DNA of 63,762 nt, filler included, from Reticulomyxa filosa (GCA_000512085.1; 20 parts of 20 records of this genome joined end to end with filler, not necessarily neighbours in it); one strand, 5' to 3'. Counted from the first letter of the whole stretch, positions 38,075-51,940 are shown. The notes: generated by a model from the sequence alone, not told the origin. Translations and numbers: made by a program.

Positions 38075-41000
38075 ATGAAAAAAAAGAAAATGATAAAATC
38101 CACTCTGTCTCCGAAAGGAGAAAAAGATTTTTGTTTGTTTTTTTTTAAGACATATTCATTTGCTGTGTGTTTTGATATAGGAATCCCTCGTCCAAAGATT
38201 GTTATTTGTATTTTCCCAATTATTTGTGGAACTCTACTCCACCTCCCAGATGAGTGAAAAATGTTTGTTTATATTTGTATATGTATATTTTCCTTTTTTA
38301 TAAAATTTGGTTGTGTATGTGACAAAATAGAAATTCCCATGCAATAACAATTTTATTTTTATTTTTGTATTTATATATATGTTTGTCCATTCACAAAAAA
38401 AGTGATTGACTGTTTTTTCATAGTAAAAAAAATAGAAATTGGAGTTCGAGCTACACTTATAACAGGTAATATCTATTTTTTGTTCGAGCTTTAAAAAATG
38501 AAAAATAATTTTATCTGTTAGTATATTTAGATCATGTGAAATAAAATGTAAATGATAATTGAAAAAGTATTGTAAAAAAAATCGAAGAATAACGTGTGGA
38601 AAAAAATGATAATAAAAAAAGTAATGATAATGAATAAGAATGGTGATAAAAAAAATGATAAGGAAAAAGAAATTTAAGAAAAAAAAAGTGAAAAAAAATA
38701 AAAACACTGCAATTTATATTATTTTGGATGAAAAGGAAAATGATAAATAAAAGATAACAAAAAATAATTATTATTTGAAATTTAATTTTTTAAATTTTTT
38801 TAGTTGTGCATTTGCTCCAAAAGTACCTGGTCCAGCGCTGTCACAAGTTATAGTTAAGTAAGATATCTGTTTTTGTTAAAAAAAATCAAATCTAAAAACA
38901 TATCATGATATAATAGAAATAGAACGTGTATCATCAACAGTCTCTTGCAATTTAATGTGTTATTACCAGTTATGTAAACACAAATTTTTATATGATGAAG
39001 ATATGAAATTAGTTTGTGGATGGCGACTTCTAGCTATGTATTATCGATTTTACATGGCAAAATCTTCAACAATGTCGCTCAAGTCTAAAGTGATCACAAG
39101 TGTAATTCCGTATTGTGTATCCCCAATAGTAATGGCATATGCCAGTCCAATATGTCTTCACGAATTGCAATATTATTTTATTGACTAGCGTGCATGTCAT
39201 AAAAATGCTTCTGAATGACGAACACGGCAGTGCAGAAATGAATATTTTAACTACGAGATTGCGGTCACACAAACGTCATTGAACTGACTTCGAGTCGAAC
39301 AAGCGCGTTTATTTTTGTAAAGTAATTGTGCTGATGTTGTGGTGAATTGCAACCATATGTATACGAGTGGTTATTAGTAAATACGTGTGAGTTGCGCGAA
39401 CTTACTGCAAATGAACAGCGTCTGCAGATGGAGAACGTAAATATTTTTTTGTTCAAGAATAGACTGTTTGTTGGACGAATACATAACGTTAAGTATCCTT
39501 CATCTTGATATGTCGCAATTACAGCTCAAAAGTGGATTAGTTATTGTAATGTGTCTTAATTAAAGCAATGTGAACATAGGCCATCCCTTTGCAAAGTGCT
39601 AAACTTTGGTCGGACTGAGAAAAAATGAAAAGAAAAGAATGAAAAAGACGATGTATCAATATGAACCAGTAGTCTTAGATACTATTTCAAGTAATAGTAA
39701 CGAGCCATTTAAAATATTGATGACGACAACTACGACATATTGACGCAAAGGTTGTGGGCTTATGACCAGAAGCAAGACTTGTCCACATCAACAGAGAAAA
39801 GGTGAATGAAGATAATTGATACAATATATCCACAGTGGGTACAGACACTCATTTCAACAAGACAATAGGACAGCTATTGATTATATGTATCGAATGACAC
39901 AAGTGATAATTGAAATGTTATGTGTTTGCAATCACACAACATTAAGAGTTAAAGAAACATCCAAAGTCAGTCTGGTGAAACATAATTCATTCAAGCAATC
40001 AACGTACATAATTTGGACAATTATCTGGTTAAATATTGCTGTTAGTTGCATTCACATGTATTTGCGATTATGTTGTATTTAACCCAAATGTTACATGCAC
40101 ATCATATATATAAACACTTCATAGACTCAAATTGGTAATATTTTGTGTTGGTTTGGTAGAAAATATTGTAATTGTCGTACATTTTAATTCAATCGATTAT
40201 GGTATTGTTTTTCGATTCAAAAGAACTGTGTTAGCATTGTCTAGCAGATTGGCATTAAATGATTATATTATCTTATTGTACGCTTCGTTGATTCATGTGC
40301 ATAAAGTTATTGAATTTAAATATTTACTACTTGTCTTTTTTTCTTTCTTTTTAAACAGCTTCAACTAATTTTTTTTGTCTATATAAAGTAATACACTAAA
40401 GCCACAAGCAGATGAGTTGACGATTGACAACATGATTTAGCTATAAATGAAGAACTTACAAGCGTATTGAAGCAAATTGTACAACCTTGCCTGGTGATAT
40501 TGAAAGCTCATGCAGTGATTAAAACAGAAACGAATGCCCAACAAAACTGGAGATGAAACTCTGCAACCCTTTTTCAGAAGAAGTATTTGGTAATCTTCGT
40601 ATTGCAACGAACGATCGTGAACAAGGTAATACTTTTCAGTCAAATCGATATCTTTGTTAATCACAAACAAAATTTCATGAAGATTTGCCGAGAATCAAGC
40701 GAAATCAGCCTTTTGAATTTCGAAAAAAATATAGATAGAACTCGTAAATGGATTTATCGATTCGTGACAGTTTTGCCCAGTGCCTTGTTGGACAGTATCG
40801 ACATGTTCATGTGAAGTTGGATGCGCTTGCAAAAGCACTAATCTGAACGGCACAATCCACTTGGTGAACGTTGTACATGAATACTCTTTCACTTGCAAAT
40901 GCGTGTGCTTCTCAGTGTAATTAGTAGTGTTGTTTTTGGCCATAATCTTTTGGACCAAAATGAATCGATTAAACATTTGTGCATAAACTCAAGAGTCACT

Positions 41001-41285
41001 AAGAAGAATTTCAGTCAATACGTACAAATTTTTAAACAAATAGACTTTTGATTGTAACTGTAAATAAAAAAATATGAATAAAAATTAATACATTTAATGT
41101 GAAATACTCTTGTTCAAAAGAATATGAGGATTCTTTGATGGAAATTTTAACTATCAATTGTATATATGATGCGCACCAAAAACCTTTTTGCTATCGTTGG
41201 TACCCAAGTGATCTATAAGTTGTTTTGGTACTTTGTTTATAGTTTTTTCGTTAAACCTTTTTTATCCACAATAAATTTAAAAGCG

Positions 41286-43203
41286 ATGTCCGTTCCGTTA
41301 ATCCAAGAAAGATATGCTTCGGCTTCCATTTTTGCAGAGAAGACACAAGATGAAAGGCTGACGCTCCATGATACTCCAGAAGAAAAGGAAGAGCTGGAAG
41401 AAATAAAAAAGAGTAAATTATTTTCGCTATGGAAGTGTCCTGCAGAGCATGACGAAAGCGGTGATGGAAAGTGCTGTCTAACGTACATTGAAAAAAATTG
41501 CAAACGATGGCAGGACAATTATTTTGCTTTTGTTCATTTCAACAATCGTGTGGTTGATCCAAAACATTGGGTATATAAAACAAAAACAAAATTATGTTTG
41601 GCAACGATTGAAATATAATTTTGCAAAAAAAAAAGATTTTCGAAATAGAGTTGATATTTACCTACTGTAACAAATATTATACGTATAATCTCACAACTTC
41701 CCGTGAGAAATTGAAACTGTTGGCAAATAAAATAGCTGTTTTGTCTTTTTGTTTTTGTTTTTTTTGTAATCTAAAAAGGTCTAATCTTAGTGTGCAAATT
41801 TATTTTTTTGGATCAATCCAAAAAAAAAAAAAGAAGTGAAAAGCAGAGCCACTTCCCTTCGAAGAAATGCCCAAAGCCAAAAGAGAATCCATTCTATGAG
41901 GATGATATTGTGACCAAAGAAATGAAGGATGATGCGTCGGTCTTGTGTCCGAGCAGATTCCCATGGTTTTTTGCAAGAAAGGCCGGAAAGAAGCAAGTGG
42001 AAGCACTTTGCAAGTTAGCTTGTTTATTTTTTGTAAATGTTTGCATGTGTGTATGTTCCAGAGAGTACTTTGCTTTTGGCTTGTTCTTTGTTTCTTTCAT
42101 TGATATTATGGTATGAAATGGCTTCAGGTTTATTCAGCACCTATTTTCCAGCCCTTCGTTGTTGACAGAGAAGTGGTTCTACACCATGCTGCCCGAAGGC
42201 CATGACTTTGCGAATCCAGTGCAATTACTGCTGGTGCAAAAAGCGCGCGCACGATTGAAAATTTGGAGGAACACAAAAGCAAAGGAAATACAATTTAAGA
42301 ATTTTCAGAAAAGCAAGAAAAGCCAGACATTTCACACCGTTTATGCTATGCGAAGACCTTTGAAAGGACACTCAGTATTTTATCATTGGGCTTTAGTATT
42401 TGAGGGTACCATGTTGTTGCGTGTCGAATTCTTTGATGATAATAAAATTCATTATATTTTAGTTTTGTACACTGTGTTTATACGTTTATATTTGTATATA
42501 CACATATATATATATATATATATGTATACGTATGTGGTTGTGGTGTTTCAACACGAAGACGCGAAACAAGACTCAAGAGAGACGCTCCGTTTGGTTCGAT
42601 GTAAATGACAATTACACAAAACGATGGTCTGTCATTGCTTCCATGCCTGCCATTCGCCGAAAAGAGGTTCTCTCTGTTCCACTAGTTGGGTGGTGGTTAC
42701 AATATTGGATTAAGCGCAAGTCCATGTATTCCAGCTACGCCAATAATTGCCAGCACTTTGTGAGGTGAATTTTTTTTTTTTTTTTTTTTGCTGTTTGTAT
42801 ATTAATACTTGTATTTATGTGAATTTTTTTTTTCAATACTCAGAGATATTGTTGCTCATTTTAATACAATTACGGCATTGGATTTGAACGGATACATGGA
42901 TGCTCAAGTCGGCTCTGCTTTTATTCCTGGAATGATGGTATCGCACAACATGAGCCAATTTGCTTCGACTTTTGATGAATGGAACAAAGGAAAACAATTG
43001 GAATGCATCACTTCTCAAGAGTTTAGATATCCCTTTTTTTTCTCTCATTTTTTTAATGCAGGGGAGAGGAACCTTATTCACAATACTAAAACAAAAATAC
43101 TAACTTCTTTTTAATGCTCATCATTTAAACAAAAAAAAAAAGAGATGCAGCAAAAGAAAAACAGATACCACATGAGTTACGTCTGTTCAAAGAGAAAACA
43201 TAA
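41286..43203 (+). CDS. Permuted papain-fold (PPPDE/LRAT-like NlpC/P60) domain protein, multi-exon
   Basis: FYHWALVF (catalytic His) precedes YSSYANNCQHFV (catalytic Cys). Exons are separated by poly-T/poly-A introns; exact boundaries partly uncertain. Confidence 0.7.
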
Positions 43204-43847
43204 ATATTTCTAACAAAAATGTCTTTTTGAAAAATAGGATATTTTGATATCTGAGTCATTCACAACGAATTTAATGGAGTCATCTGCATCGACTCCAGTT
43301 TATATAGAGAAAAGTTTAATAACTATATAATTCAAAACTTTGATATCGATTTTTGTTTTTCTGCTCCTTTTTTATCTACAAGAAAAGTGAAAAAACTTGA
43401 CTTGGCATTAGGAATGTATTTTTTGTGTTTGTGTAGTTTTTTGTGATTAACCGAAAAAATTTAAAAAATAAACTAAAAAGTAAACCATTTTGGGGTTGTG
43501 TTTGAACTGCTATTTCATCAATGCACTTTTTTGAAATACCAAAGCACGAGAAAGACAATATTATCACCTTTTTTGTAAATTTCAGCTGTGGATTCTTGTA
43601 AAGATGCAGTAGATTGCAGAAAAAACTGCAATCTACTGTAATGATTTTTCTTTCAGCCTATGATACCTAATGCACCAAGTAGACAATCAGATGGGATATA
43701 ATCACGTTAACTTTACTAATTTTGATTTTAAGTCTGTGAGTAATTTCTGCTCGTCATGGTTTCTATGTTGGACTGAAAGACCTTCAGTTAAACGGGAAAA
43801 GAGCTCTAAAAAAAAAAAAATCCTCTTGATTATTCAAGGTTTATCTT

Positions 43848-44483
43848 ATGGAAGAAAAGACAGATTGGGTCTCATTGTTGCAAGAAAAAGGTTTATGTGG
43901 CTATAATATCCACATAGAACAGCAAATGTCAAAATTGATTGAGTTGTCTGTGGCTGAGTTCGGGTTAATATTTGAGATAGTCTACAATGCACAAGCGACA
44001 AAAATACAATTAAAAAAGTTATGGAAAAAGTGCAGATCAACAAATACAAATCCACATCGAAAAGAAATACATCTACAATGTAAGGTGATATTTCCATTAC
44101 CAATGCGTTTGTTTGAGTGCAATAAACCGTTGTACGAAACTTATGTGATGAAAAGATGTCTGGTGTTTGCTCATTTCACTTTTTATGTACACCAATTGTT
44201 TGTTGAGATTAACCGGTTCAATGCAATCACAGAAGATGTATTCATCCAAGTGTTGTGTCGCTTTTTATTCGCAAATGAATTATATTCACACATCTACTAT
44301 TTATGGGAAGCTAGTGTAAAAAAATGTCTTTTGGACAGTGAGTTGACTTCTCATACAGACGTATGGCTACAAAAAATGGCATTTGTATTGTACAGCACCC
44401 TAATTTTTGCTGATCCACGAGTTTTTTTGCAGTGGGAAGCATTTGTTACAACTGAACTACTTGCGATTACACCTTATAGCTAA
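43848..44483 (+). CDS. Hypothetical protein (211 aa)
   Basis: Uninterrupted ATG-to-stop ORF in AT-rich DNA; no recognisable motif. Confidence 0.5.
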   Translation: MEEKTDWVSLLQEKGLCGYNIHIEQQMSKLIELSVAEFGLIFEIVYNAQATKIQLKKLWKKCRSTNTNPHRKEIHLQCKVIFPLPMRLFECNKPLYETYVMKRCLVFAHFTFYVHQLFVEINRFNAITEDVFIQVLCRFLFANELYSHIYYLWEASVKKCLLDSELTSHTDVWLQKMAFVLYSTLIFADPRVFLQWEAFVTTELLAITPYS

Positions 44484-45118
44484 ATTGACTGTTTTTTTCT
44501 TCATATAATGTATAATTTTTCAAAACTTATCAACAAACAGAGAGTCAATAAGGAAACTGGTGAAGTACAATTCACCAAATTTTTTTTTACTCTTTAGGAT
44601 CGGTCTTTGCAAGTGCGTAGAATTGAGAAAAAAGATTGTTCCCATTTACAACGTGCAAAGAATATAAAAAAGAATATTTTCTCTTGTAAAGTTCACTTAC
44701 TTTTGTTGATGCTTTCAGCTTCAAGGCAAATTTTTTGAAAAATAATTGTCATTTTTACTTGAACTTTTTTTAATGGCTAAAAAAACTTGATTACGTATGG
44801 ATGACAAAGAACAAACAAGTTGTACGTAAAAACGTTTGAAAAATAAACAAACAAGCAAATACCCTATTGAAATATTTTGAAAATAAGGAAAAAATAAATA
44901 TGATGCCAAATTCTGAGAGTATTTGTTTGTGTATCTGCTGTTAAAGAATAGACAGTAAATAAGCACTTGTCAAGGCTCAAAAAATTAAAATTTTTGTTCA
45001 TAATGTACATAAATGGGTTTCATGACTCTGATAATCTCACTGTCGTCATTGACACAAACTTCCTGTCTAACATCATCATTTTCATTTCTGTCAATCAAAA
45101 GTCCAAATTGATTGTATT

Positions 45119-46480
45119 TCAAAGCAGCTTCGTTGCTTGTACGTATTTTTTATAGACAATGGGAAAGTCCATTATACTTTGAGGTCCCTCATGTCTCCAA
45201 AATTCATTGAACAACAAATATTGTGTACCTATTTAATATTGTATATCCCAAATGAATAAACAAACAAAAATTTCTAAAAAAAAAAAGCAAAACTGAAAAA
45301 CTGCGAAGCAACAGATAATTTGAGGTCACTAAAATTTTGGCAATCAAATTTAAAATGCTGAAAGAACTCTTGAGAGTAGCTCTCTTCTTCTTGTTCATGT
45401 TCCTCCTCTTCCTCTTGTTTGGAGTCATTAAGACTCTCGTTTAAAGTACGACCATTCATGGTATGTGCATGTTCATACTCTCGCAAATATTCGCATCGTT
45501 TTAAAAATACTCCATCTTTTTTCATGGCAAACTCTTGCAAATACCAGTTGCACGCGAGCTCATTACTTGCATTCCAATATGCAAAATCGAGCGAGTGCGA
45601 AGATGGGGGTACGTACACGTTCACAGGATACCCGGTCAAAAACTCAAATGTGCCAAACATCAAATTAATGCCCGTCACATAATAGCAAAACCAATTGTTT
45701 GTGTAATGATATTTGTGCGTGTAATACAACACACTCTTGCTATACTTTGTGTACGTTCGTCCAAACCAAAGCATCGCACGAAGGCCCAAAAGATCGAGTC
45801 CACGAAAATCAGATTCGGGAGACTTCCCTTGGAAACCAACCACTTCCCAACGTGGATCGCTCTCCAAATTTATTTTTCGCATTTTTTTATTTTTCTCCAG
45901 CTCTTTTTCATATTTACCAATAGTTTCATCCCAAAACTTTTGTATTTAAAAGTGTTAAACAATACATTGAATACGTGTGTACATATACATATTATACATA
46001 CATAATATATACAGATAACGGGTAGAAACAACAAGATTATAATCACATAACAATTTCGATCCAAAAAAAAATATATATATGTATATATGTACATATATAT
46101 GCATATATGTATATGTAAAAAGTACAGTAAAACTTGTGTGAGCAAGTGATTATGGGTTAGATTTTTCTTGTTAAATCGCTCCTTTGAGGCTTTGTACAAC
46201 TCGTCAATGATTTCATTCCAACTTCGGATGCAGAGCAAAAACTGACGTAAATTCTTCCAGAGTGTTGAGGAAGGCGCCGGACGTGGTATTTGCTTGGCTT
46301 CCAGTATTTTGGAGCCAATTGTCTCAATCTCCCAATTTGGAGTTGTCACTATTGTTTGGTAGATACTTTGATATGATTTACTTCGCCGAAAATAGTACAG
46401 GAGTTGCCATACCATTGACGTTTCAAACGTTCTTGATCGCGTCAAAATTCTTTCGATTTCATGTTTTCCACCTAGCCAAC
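45119..46480 (-). CDS. ELMO/CED-12 domain protein (ELMOD-like Arf/Arl GAP)
   Basis: WEVVGFQGKSPESDFRGLDLLGL matches the ELMO signature WxxxGFQxxxPxxDFRG; last exon FWRHEGPQSIMDFPIV. Start and stop uncertain. Confidence 0.85.
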
Positions 46481-47127
46481 GTACTTTGTACCATCACATG
46501 TGTCAATTTTTAAACGATGTCCTTTTTCATATTAAAAAAAAAAAACAGATAGCTTTTCGACAAATCTTTTACGTGCTCGAAACTGAGAAGTTTAAAAAAA
46601 CGGTACGCAAAAGTAAACCATTTATAAGTTAGATAACGATTCAAAACACGTTGAAAAAATTCACCCACTGAAGTAACCGCGGTTGACATTGCTTCTTTTT
46701 TTCGTATAATATCAAAAGAAAAAACTAAAAAAACGTTCAGTTTCCTGAAATTTCAAACCAACTGAAAAACACTGTTTAGCGTAGTTATAAAGACAATATA
46801 CTAATATAAACAAAAATGTTTCTGGTTAATTTGCACTTTTTAGATTAAACATTTCATCAACTCGTGTGGATCACAAATAAAACTGAGCGAAGCGTTTCGA
46901 GGTTAGTTCAAAGTGGAAAAACCTCTTTTTAACATTTTCTATTTTGTGAGCAAATTTTGCTTTCATTTCTATATCGCTTTCTGCACTCCAGTTTCCCTGG
47001 CCAGTATTAAGAAAGTATGGAGTCACATTTTATTCAATATGTGTTTGTACAGACAGAGGGGTGAAAAAAAACGGGTATGTATTGCAAAAAAAAAAAAAAA
47101 AATGAAAAGGAGCAAGTAACCTTGTCA

Positions 47128-48469
47128 ATGAGCACAACAAATCGCAGATATTCTGGCACAAAAAATTTAAGCAAGACAAAGCACTCTTACCATCCAAAAC
47201 CGTCAGAAAACAAAGAAGCCCACAGTGACAATGATCAAAACAACAATGGGAACAAAGTGAAGCCGCTACGTAATCAATCCCAACATAATAACAAAGCTGC
47301 AGATTCTCCGACCTATTCCAAGCAAGGAAGTCTTTCTGTCGATGTTACGTTACAGTGACTTTATTATTTGCTTCGTTCAGCTTTTTCATTAAAAAAAAAA
47401 AATAATACTCCCCCTTTTTAAAAAAAAAAAATGTATTTGTTTGCTTAATGACACTGTTGCCCGCACAGAAGAACAAAAAAAAAAATGGACAACGAGGAAG
47501 TAACCACGACCCCAATAGTGTGAACAAACAAAATCGCAATCAACAAGGCACCTTACCGTCTCATCAAAAACGTTAAAGAACAAACGAACAAACAAACAAA
47601 AAAAAAAACACAAAACACACATACGCATATACGCACATAAACACATAAAAAAAAAAAAAAATGTTTAGATGCGAGCAAAGACGTAAGCCGTCGTGATGAA
47701 CACGGACAAGCCCAGACATCACAGCAACCAGCTGTGGTGAAAATAAAGAGGTCGAATGTTCGTTTGTCGTCTGAGTCAGCATCGTCGTCCTCTCCTCCAC
47801 GTGGGGACCTACAGCGACTAAGCGATGGCAACAGCAATGGGCATAACCATAGTCAGACCCATGCCAATGATCGCGTACATTCCCGTGTAACCTATTATCA
47901 TCGATCGAAGACCAGCGAGAAAGTGCCACCCAAACTTGAAGCGAGTGCTAACGATCACCACCAACACACCACCACGAATAACAATAACAATAACAATAAC
48001 AATGACAATGACAATGCTGACGATGAATATGAGGCTGTCGATGGCGACGTCGAAATGGAAGGAGACGTAGGGATACATAAAGACAGCAAAGTGAAACAAG
48101 CAGACAATGGACGGCACGCAGCGGACGAGAACGGCAAGAAAAACAAAAAGAAGAACAAAAAGAAAAAAGAAGAAGAAGAAGGGTCCCATGTAAAGATAAC
48201 AACGGGTAGTGGAAAGAATAAAAGGAAAACAGAGGAAATGCGGAGCAAGAAGAACGAGGACGTGGACTGGACGTGACGAATAGTGTGCTTCCGACTGCCT
48301 ATGACTGCATTGTCAATTGCATGCGTGATGCTGTTGACATTTCCAAACGTGATTTTGACTCGGCTGATCAAATTTATGCGAATTTGTTATCGTCCTGTCA
48401 AAAGCAAACTAATTCCAACACTGAATCATCACTTCACGCTCTTCCTCTTCCTCTCCCTCTTCCTCTCCC
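47128..48469 (+). CDS. Hypothetical hydrophilic low-complexity protein, 3'-partial, spliced
   Basis: Collinear charged/Asn-rich ORF segments separated by A-rich introns. Confidence 0.55.
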
Positions 48470-48967
48470 NNNNNNNNNNNNNNNNNNNNNNNNNNNNNNN
48501 NNNNNNNNNNNNNTTAATTAATTAANNNNNNNNNNNNNNNNNNNNNNNNNNNNNNNNNNNNNNNNNNNNGGCAAGGCCATAATTTTGAAAAAATCAATGA
48601 CAGTTTGAAAGGACTACGAATTATTCATTGTAAAATTAAAAACTCATAAAGAAATTAGGTCTTGAAATAACAAAAAAAGATTTGATTATGTAAATGCAAG
48701 AATAATTAAACCCTTTTGTAAAATTTACAAACATCATACGGCATTTTCTAAGGTAGATCAAGAAAACGACAATTAATGAACGCACGATAAAAGCTTTCAA
48801 TAAACTGTCAAATGAAAATTTAGCGTGTAACAAGGTTTAGTCCACAGATAATAAATCCCTTTTTTAATTGAAAATTATAATTTTTTTGAGTTAAATTGAA
48901 AGTTAAAAATAGCTAATAATTTTCTGCATGATTACAGAATAACAACACCAACAAATCAAAACTTGAA

Positions 48968-50754
48968 ATGGAAGTTTATCCAAAAAAAATTTTTAGACCT
49001 ACGTTACAAAATAATACAATAAATCTCCCATCTAAACCAAGGACTATTCGGCTTGATGTATACTTAAACAAAAAACTCCCTCATGATAGCCTCATCAAAA
49101 ATTTTCATATTGACACGCAATCTGATAATTGCACAAGCAGCATAAATTGTTTATCTCAAATTTGTCGAGGCAGAAGTTTGAGTGTCTGTGCAACACCTGT
49201 TCCAAATTGTTCTGCATTGTCATTTTTGGTTTATGAGCATTGCACTATTTTAAATATTTGCGAATTGCTTAAAACCCAAGGTGTTGTCGTGCGTAATAAC
49301 GCAGAATTTTATATCTCGTCAAAGCCTGGCAACATTCAACAATTTTGTGATGATTCAAAGAATTTATCAATAAAAAATGTCAGCTGTTTTGAAGGTAAAA
49401 TTTAAAAGCTAAGAACCCCTTTAACAAGTGTCAATTGTCATATTTGCCACAAACGAAAACTTGTAAATTTTTATACAATTCGAGTGTATTGTTTCTTGTT
49501 TAGAAGCACAACAAAGAAGAAACATAACCATACAATGTAATCCATTTGGTGACAGCGTCTGTTCGTCAAAAAACAGTAAATCCGCTGGAAAAGAAACTCA
49601 CAAGAATACAATCTCAGACAAAAAACTATTTCGCGTCTCCTTGTCAAAAAATGGCAGCAGTGCACTTTCTTCATTTATGGATAGTGACCAACCTGAATTT
49701 GAAGGAAACGTGCTTGAGTTTCAAATGCAAAAAATAGACTGGACTACACAATTGGAAACAGCCATTCGTGAAAAAAACCAAGCTATTGTACGAGACATTA
49801 TAATAAACTTAAATTGTCAGTTTTGGAAATATGTTCAGTTTGCAGAAAGTGTCAATCAGTTATAACGATTTTGTTTTTTAAAAGAACATGCTCCTTCATT
49901 TAATTTTTGTTTTTCCCAGTTGAAGGAAAGATCAAACGAATACTTGAAATTGAATATAACAGCTTATATAGTATGTCTTGGTACGGAAGTTTTTTGAGCA
50001 GTCCGTCCCTTTCCACGGGACACAATTTGACACAAAAATACTTGCAAGCGTTTACGATACAATCGATAAATGTAGCGCTGGAACTTGACAACGCAGAATG
50101 TTTTTTTGTGATCTTGGAGTCATCGAGTGTATTTGAAACATTACAAAAACGAAACTTGTCGTGTATGAATCGCTCTAGGATCATTAATGGTCTGTGCTAT
50201 TACTTAAAAAAAGCTTTGAGATATTACAGCAAGTGCTGTGTTCAGTTGCTGTACAACGTCTGGCTTTTGTATATTCACAAAACTGATGAAATGATCGATG
50301 TTTTTGAAGTTTCAAAATATTCAAGAAAAACACAATTATCTTTAAATTTTTTGTTGAAGCCACAACCTTTGAGAGATGTTCGTCTGGTATATAGTGTTTT
50401 TATCGTGAGTCGAACCGAGCAGTCGACCAAATGAAAAACACACACAAAATTAGTCAAAAAGAGTGCACTCAAAATAAAACGGATTCGAGCCAATGTTTGG
50501 ACTACTTAAAATGGCTAGCATCAACTATTGAGCCTTGCGTGTTGGCAGATGATATTACATCTCCTCTTTTAAAAAATAACTGTGGTTTGTTAAATAGTCA
50601 CACAATGGGTAGGATAGAAAGATATCTTGCTATTCGAGGCAGTATAACTAATTACTTTCATGTCGACGATGTGATAGACATCATCGTTGACTACGACGGG
50701 TTTACTAAGGAAAAAAAAAGGAGTTTCGACCTTAAAGGAAAACAACGTAGTTAA
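48968..50754 (+). CDS. Hypothetical protein(s), fragmented into four or five co-oriented ORFs
   Basis: ORFs 48968-49405, 49641-49865, 49907-50434 and 50431-50754. A GT-AG intron at about 49849-49919 joins two of them in frame. No recognisable domain. Confidence 0.4.
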
Positions 50755-51409
50755 CCCGCCTGTAGACTATATAATATAATATCTTCAATACTTGATGCAA
50801 CGTCGTGCCATAAGTTGACTCGATACAGATTGTTTGTTCAAAATTAATAAAAGGGAGGAGGGTGACTTGTTCATCATGCTTAAGATTTTTGTCTCATGTA
50901 ATGTAACTGTTTTTGCAAAATAAGAAATCAGGAGGCTAATTTGAAAATTATTTCTCTCAGGTTTCGTGTAAGCACTATTGTTATAAAGAACAAGAACGCT
51001 TCATCGAACTTCCAAATGTGCGACTGCTGCCGTGAAAGAAGAAATTCTACATTGGCGGCCACCACTATCATATAACAATAACTTCGCATAGACAGCAAGG
51101 GTACTGTCTCAAAATATTTGCAAAGTTTCTATACATTTTATTCAGTCCATTAGCAGAATCGGAAGAAGTCTGCAGCCAATAATTTCATCTTATTAAAAAG
51201 AAATTTTTTTTTGGATATACNNNNNNNNNNNNNNNNNNNNNNNNNNNNNNNNNNNNNNNNNNNNTTAATTAATTAANNNNNNNNNNNNNNNNNNNNNNNN
51301 NNNNNNNNNNNNNNNNNNNNTTTAAACTTTGTTTCCTTTTGATTTAAAAATATTGTAGCTTTTTCATTTTGATAATATTTGTCATTTTTATTTGAATTTA
51401 AATGACAAA

Positions 51410-51940
51410 TTTGTTATTTAGCTTAAAGGTTTATTTTTTAGATTTTATATTTGTCATTAAAAAAAAAGTTTGCATTTAGATGAAATATCTTTAGAAATTT
51501 ATTATTTACATTAGAAGTTTATTGTCTAGCTGAAAGTTATATCATTTAGATTATAGATCCACTATATATACTAGATGTTTGTTTTTTAAATTAGAGATCA
51601 GTTGTCTAGAGCAGATGTCTGTCATCTAGATCAGATGTTTGTCATCTAGATCACAGGTTTGTCATCTAGATCACAGGTCAGTCATCTAGATCAGATGTTA
51701 TCATCTAGATCAGATGTCAATCATTTAGATCAGATGTTTGTCATCTAAATTAAAGTTCCGCCAATCGGGATAAGATATCCCCAGTCTAGATTATATTTCA
51801 GTATATATTTTTTTCTAGATTAAAATTCTGTCGTCTAGATCGTCAGTTTGTTACCTAGATGATATGTCTGTCAACTAGACGAGTTGTTTTTTATTTAGAT
51901 TAGATATCTGTCATCTAGATTAGCTTTCTGTATTTAAATG
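51410..51940. repeat. 20-bp-period tandem array, consensus GTCATCTAGATCAGATGTTT, palindromic ATCTAGAT core
   Basis: Best units at 51601, 51621, 51641, 51661, 51681, 51700 and 51720. Degenerate units at 51501-51600 and 51810-51930. Confidence 0.92.

Noticed and set aside
50431-50434. ATGA stop-start overlap suggesting a prokaryotic or viral operon
   Set aside because: The same contig has a clear GT-AG intron and no SD sites; more likely a frameshifted eukaryotic gene.
51601-51760. CRISPR- or TIGR-like array
   Set aside because: Period is only 20 bp, the variable halves are mutually related rather than unique spacers, and no cas/Nop-domain gene is adjacent.
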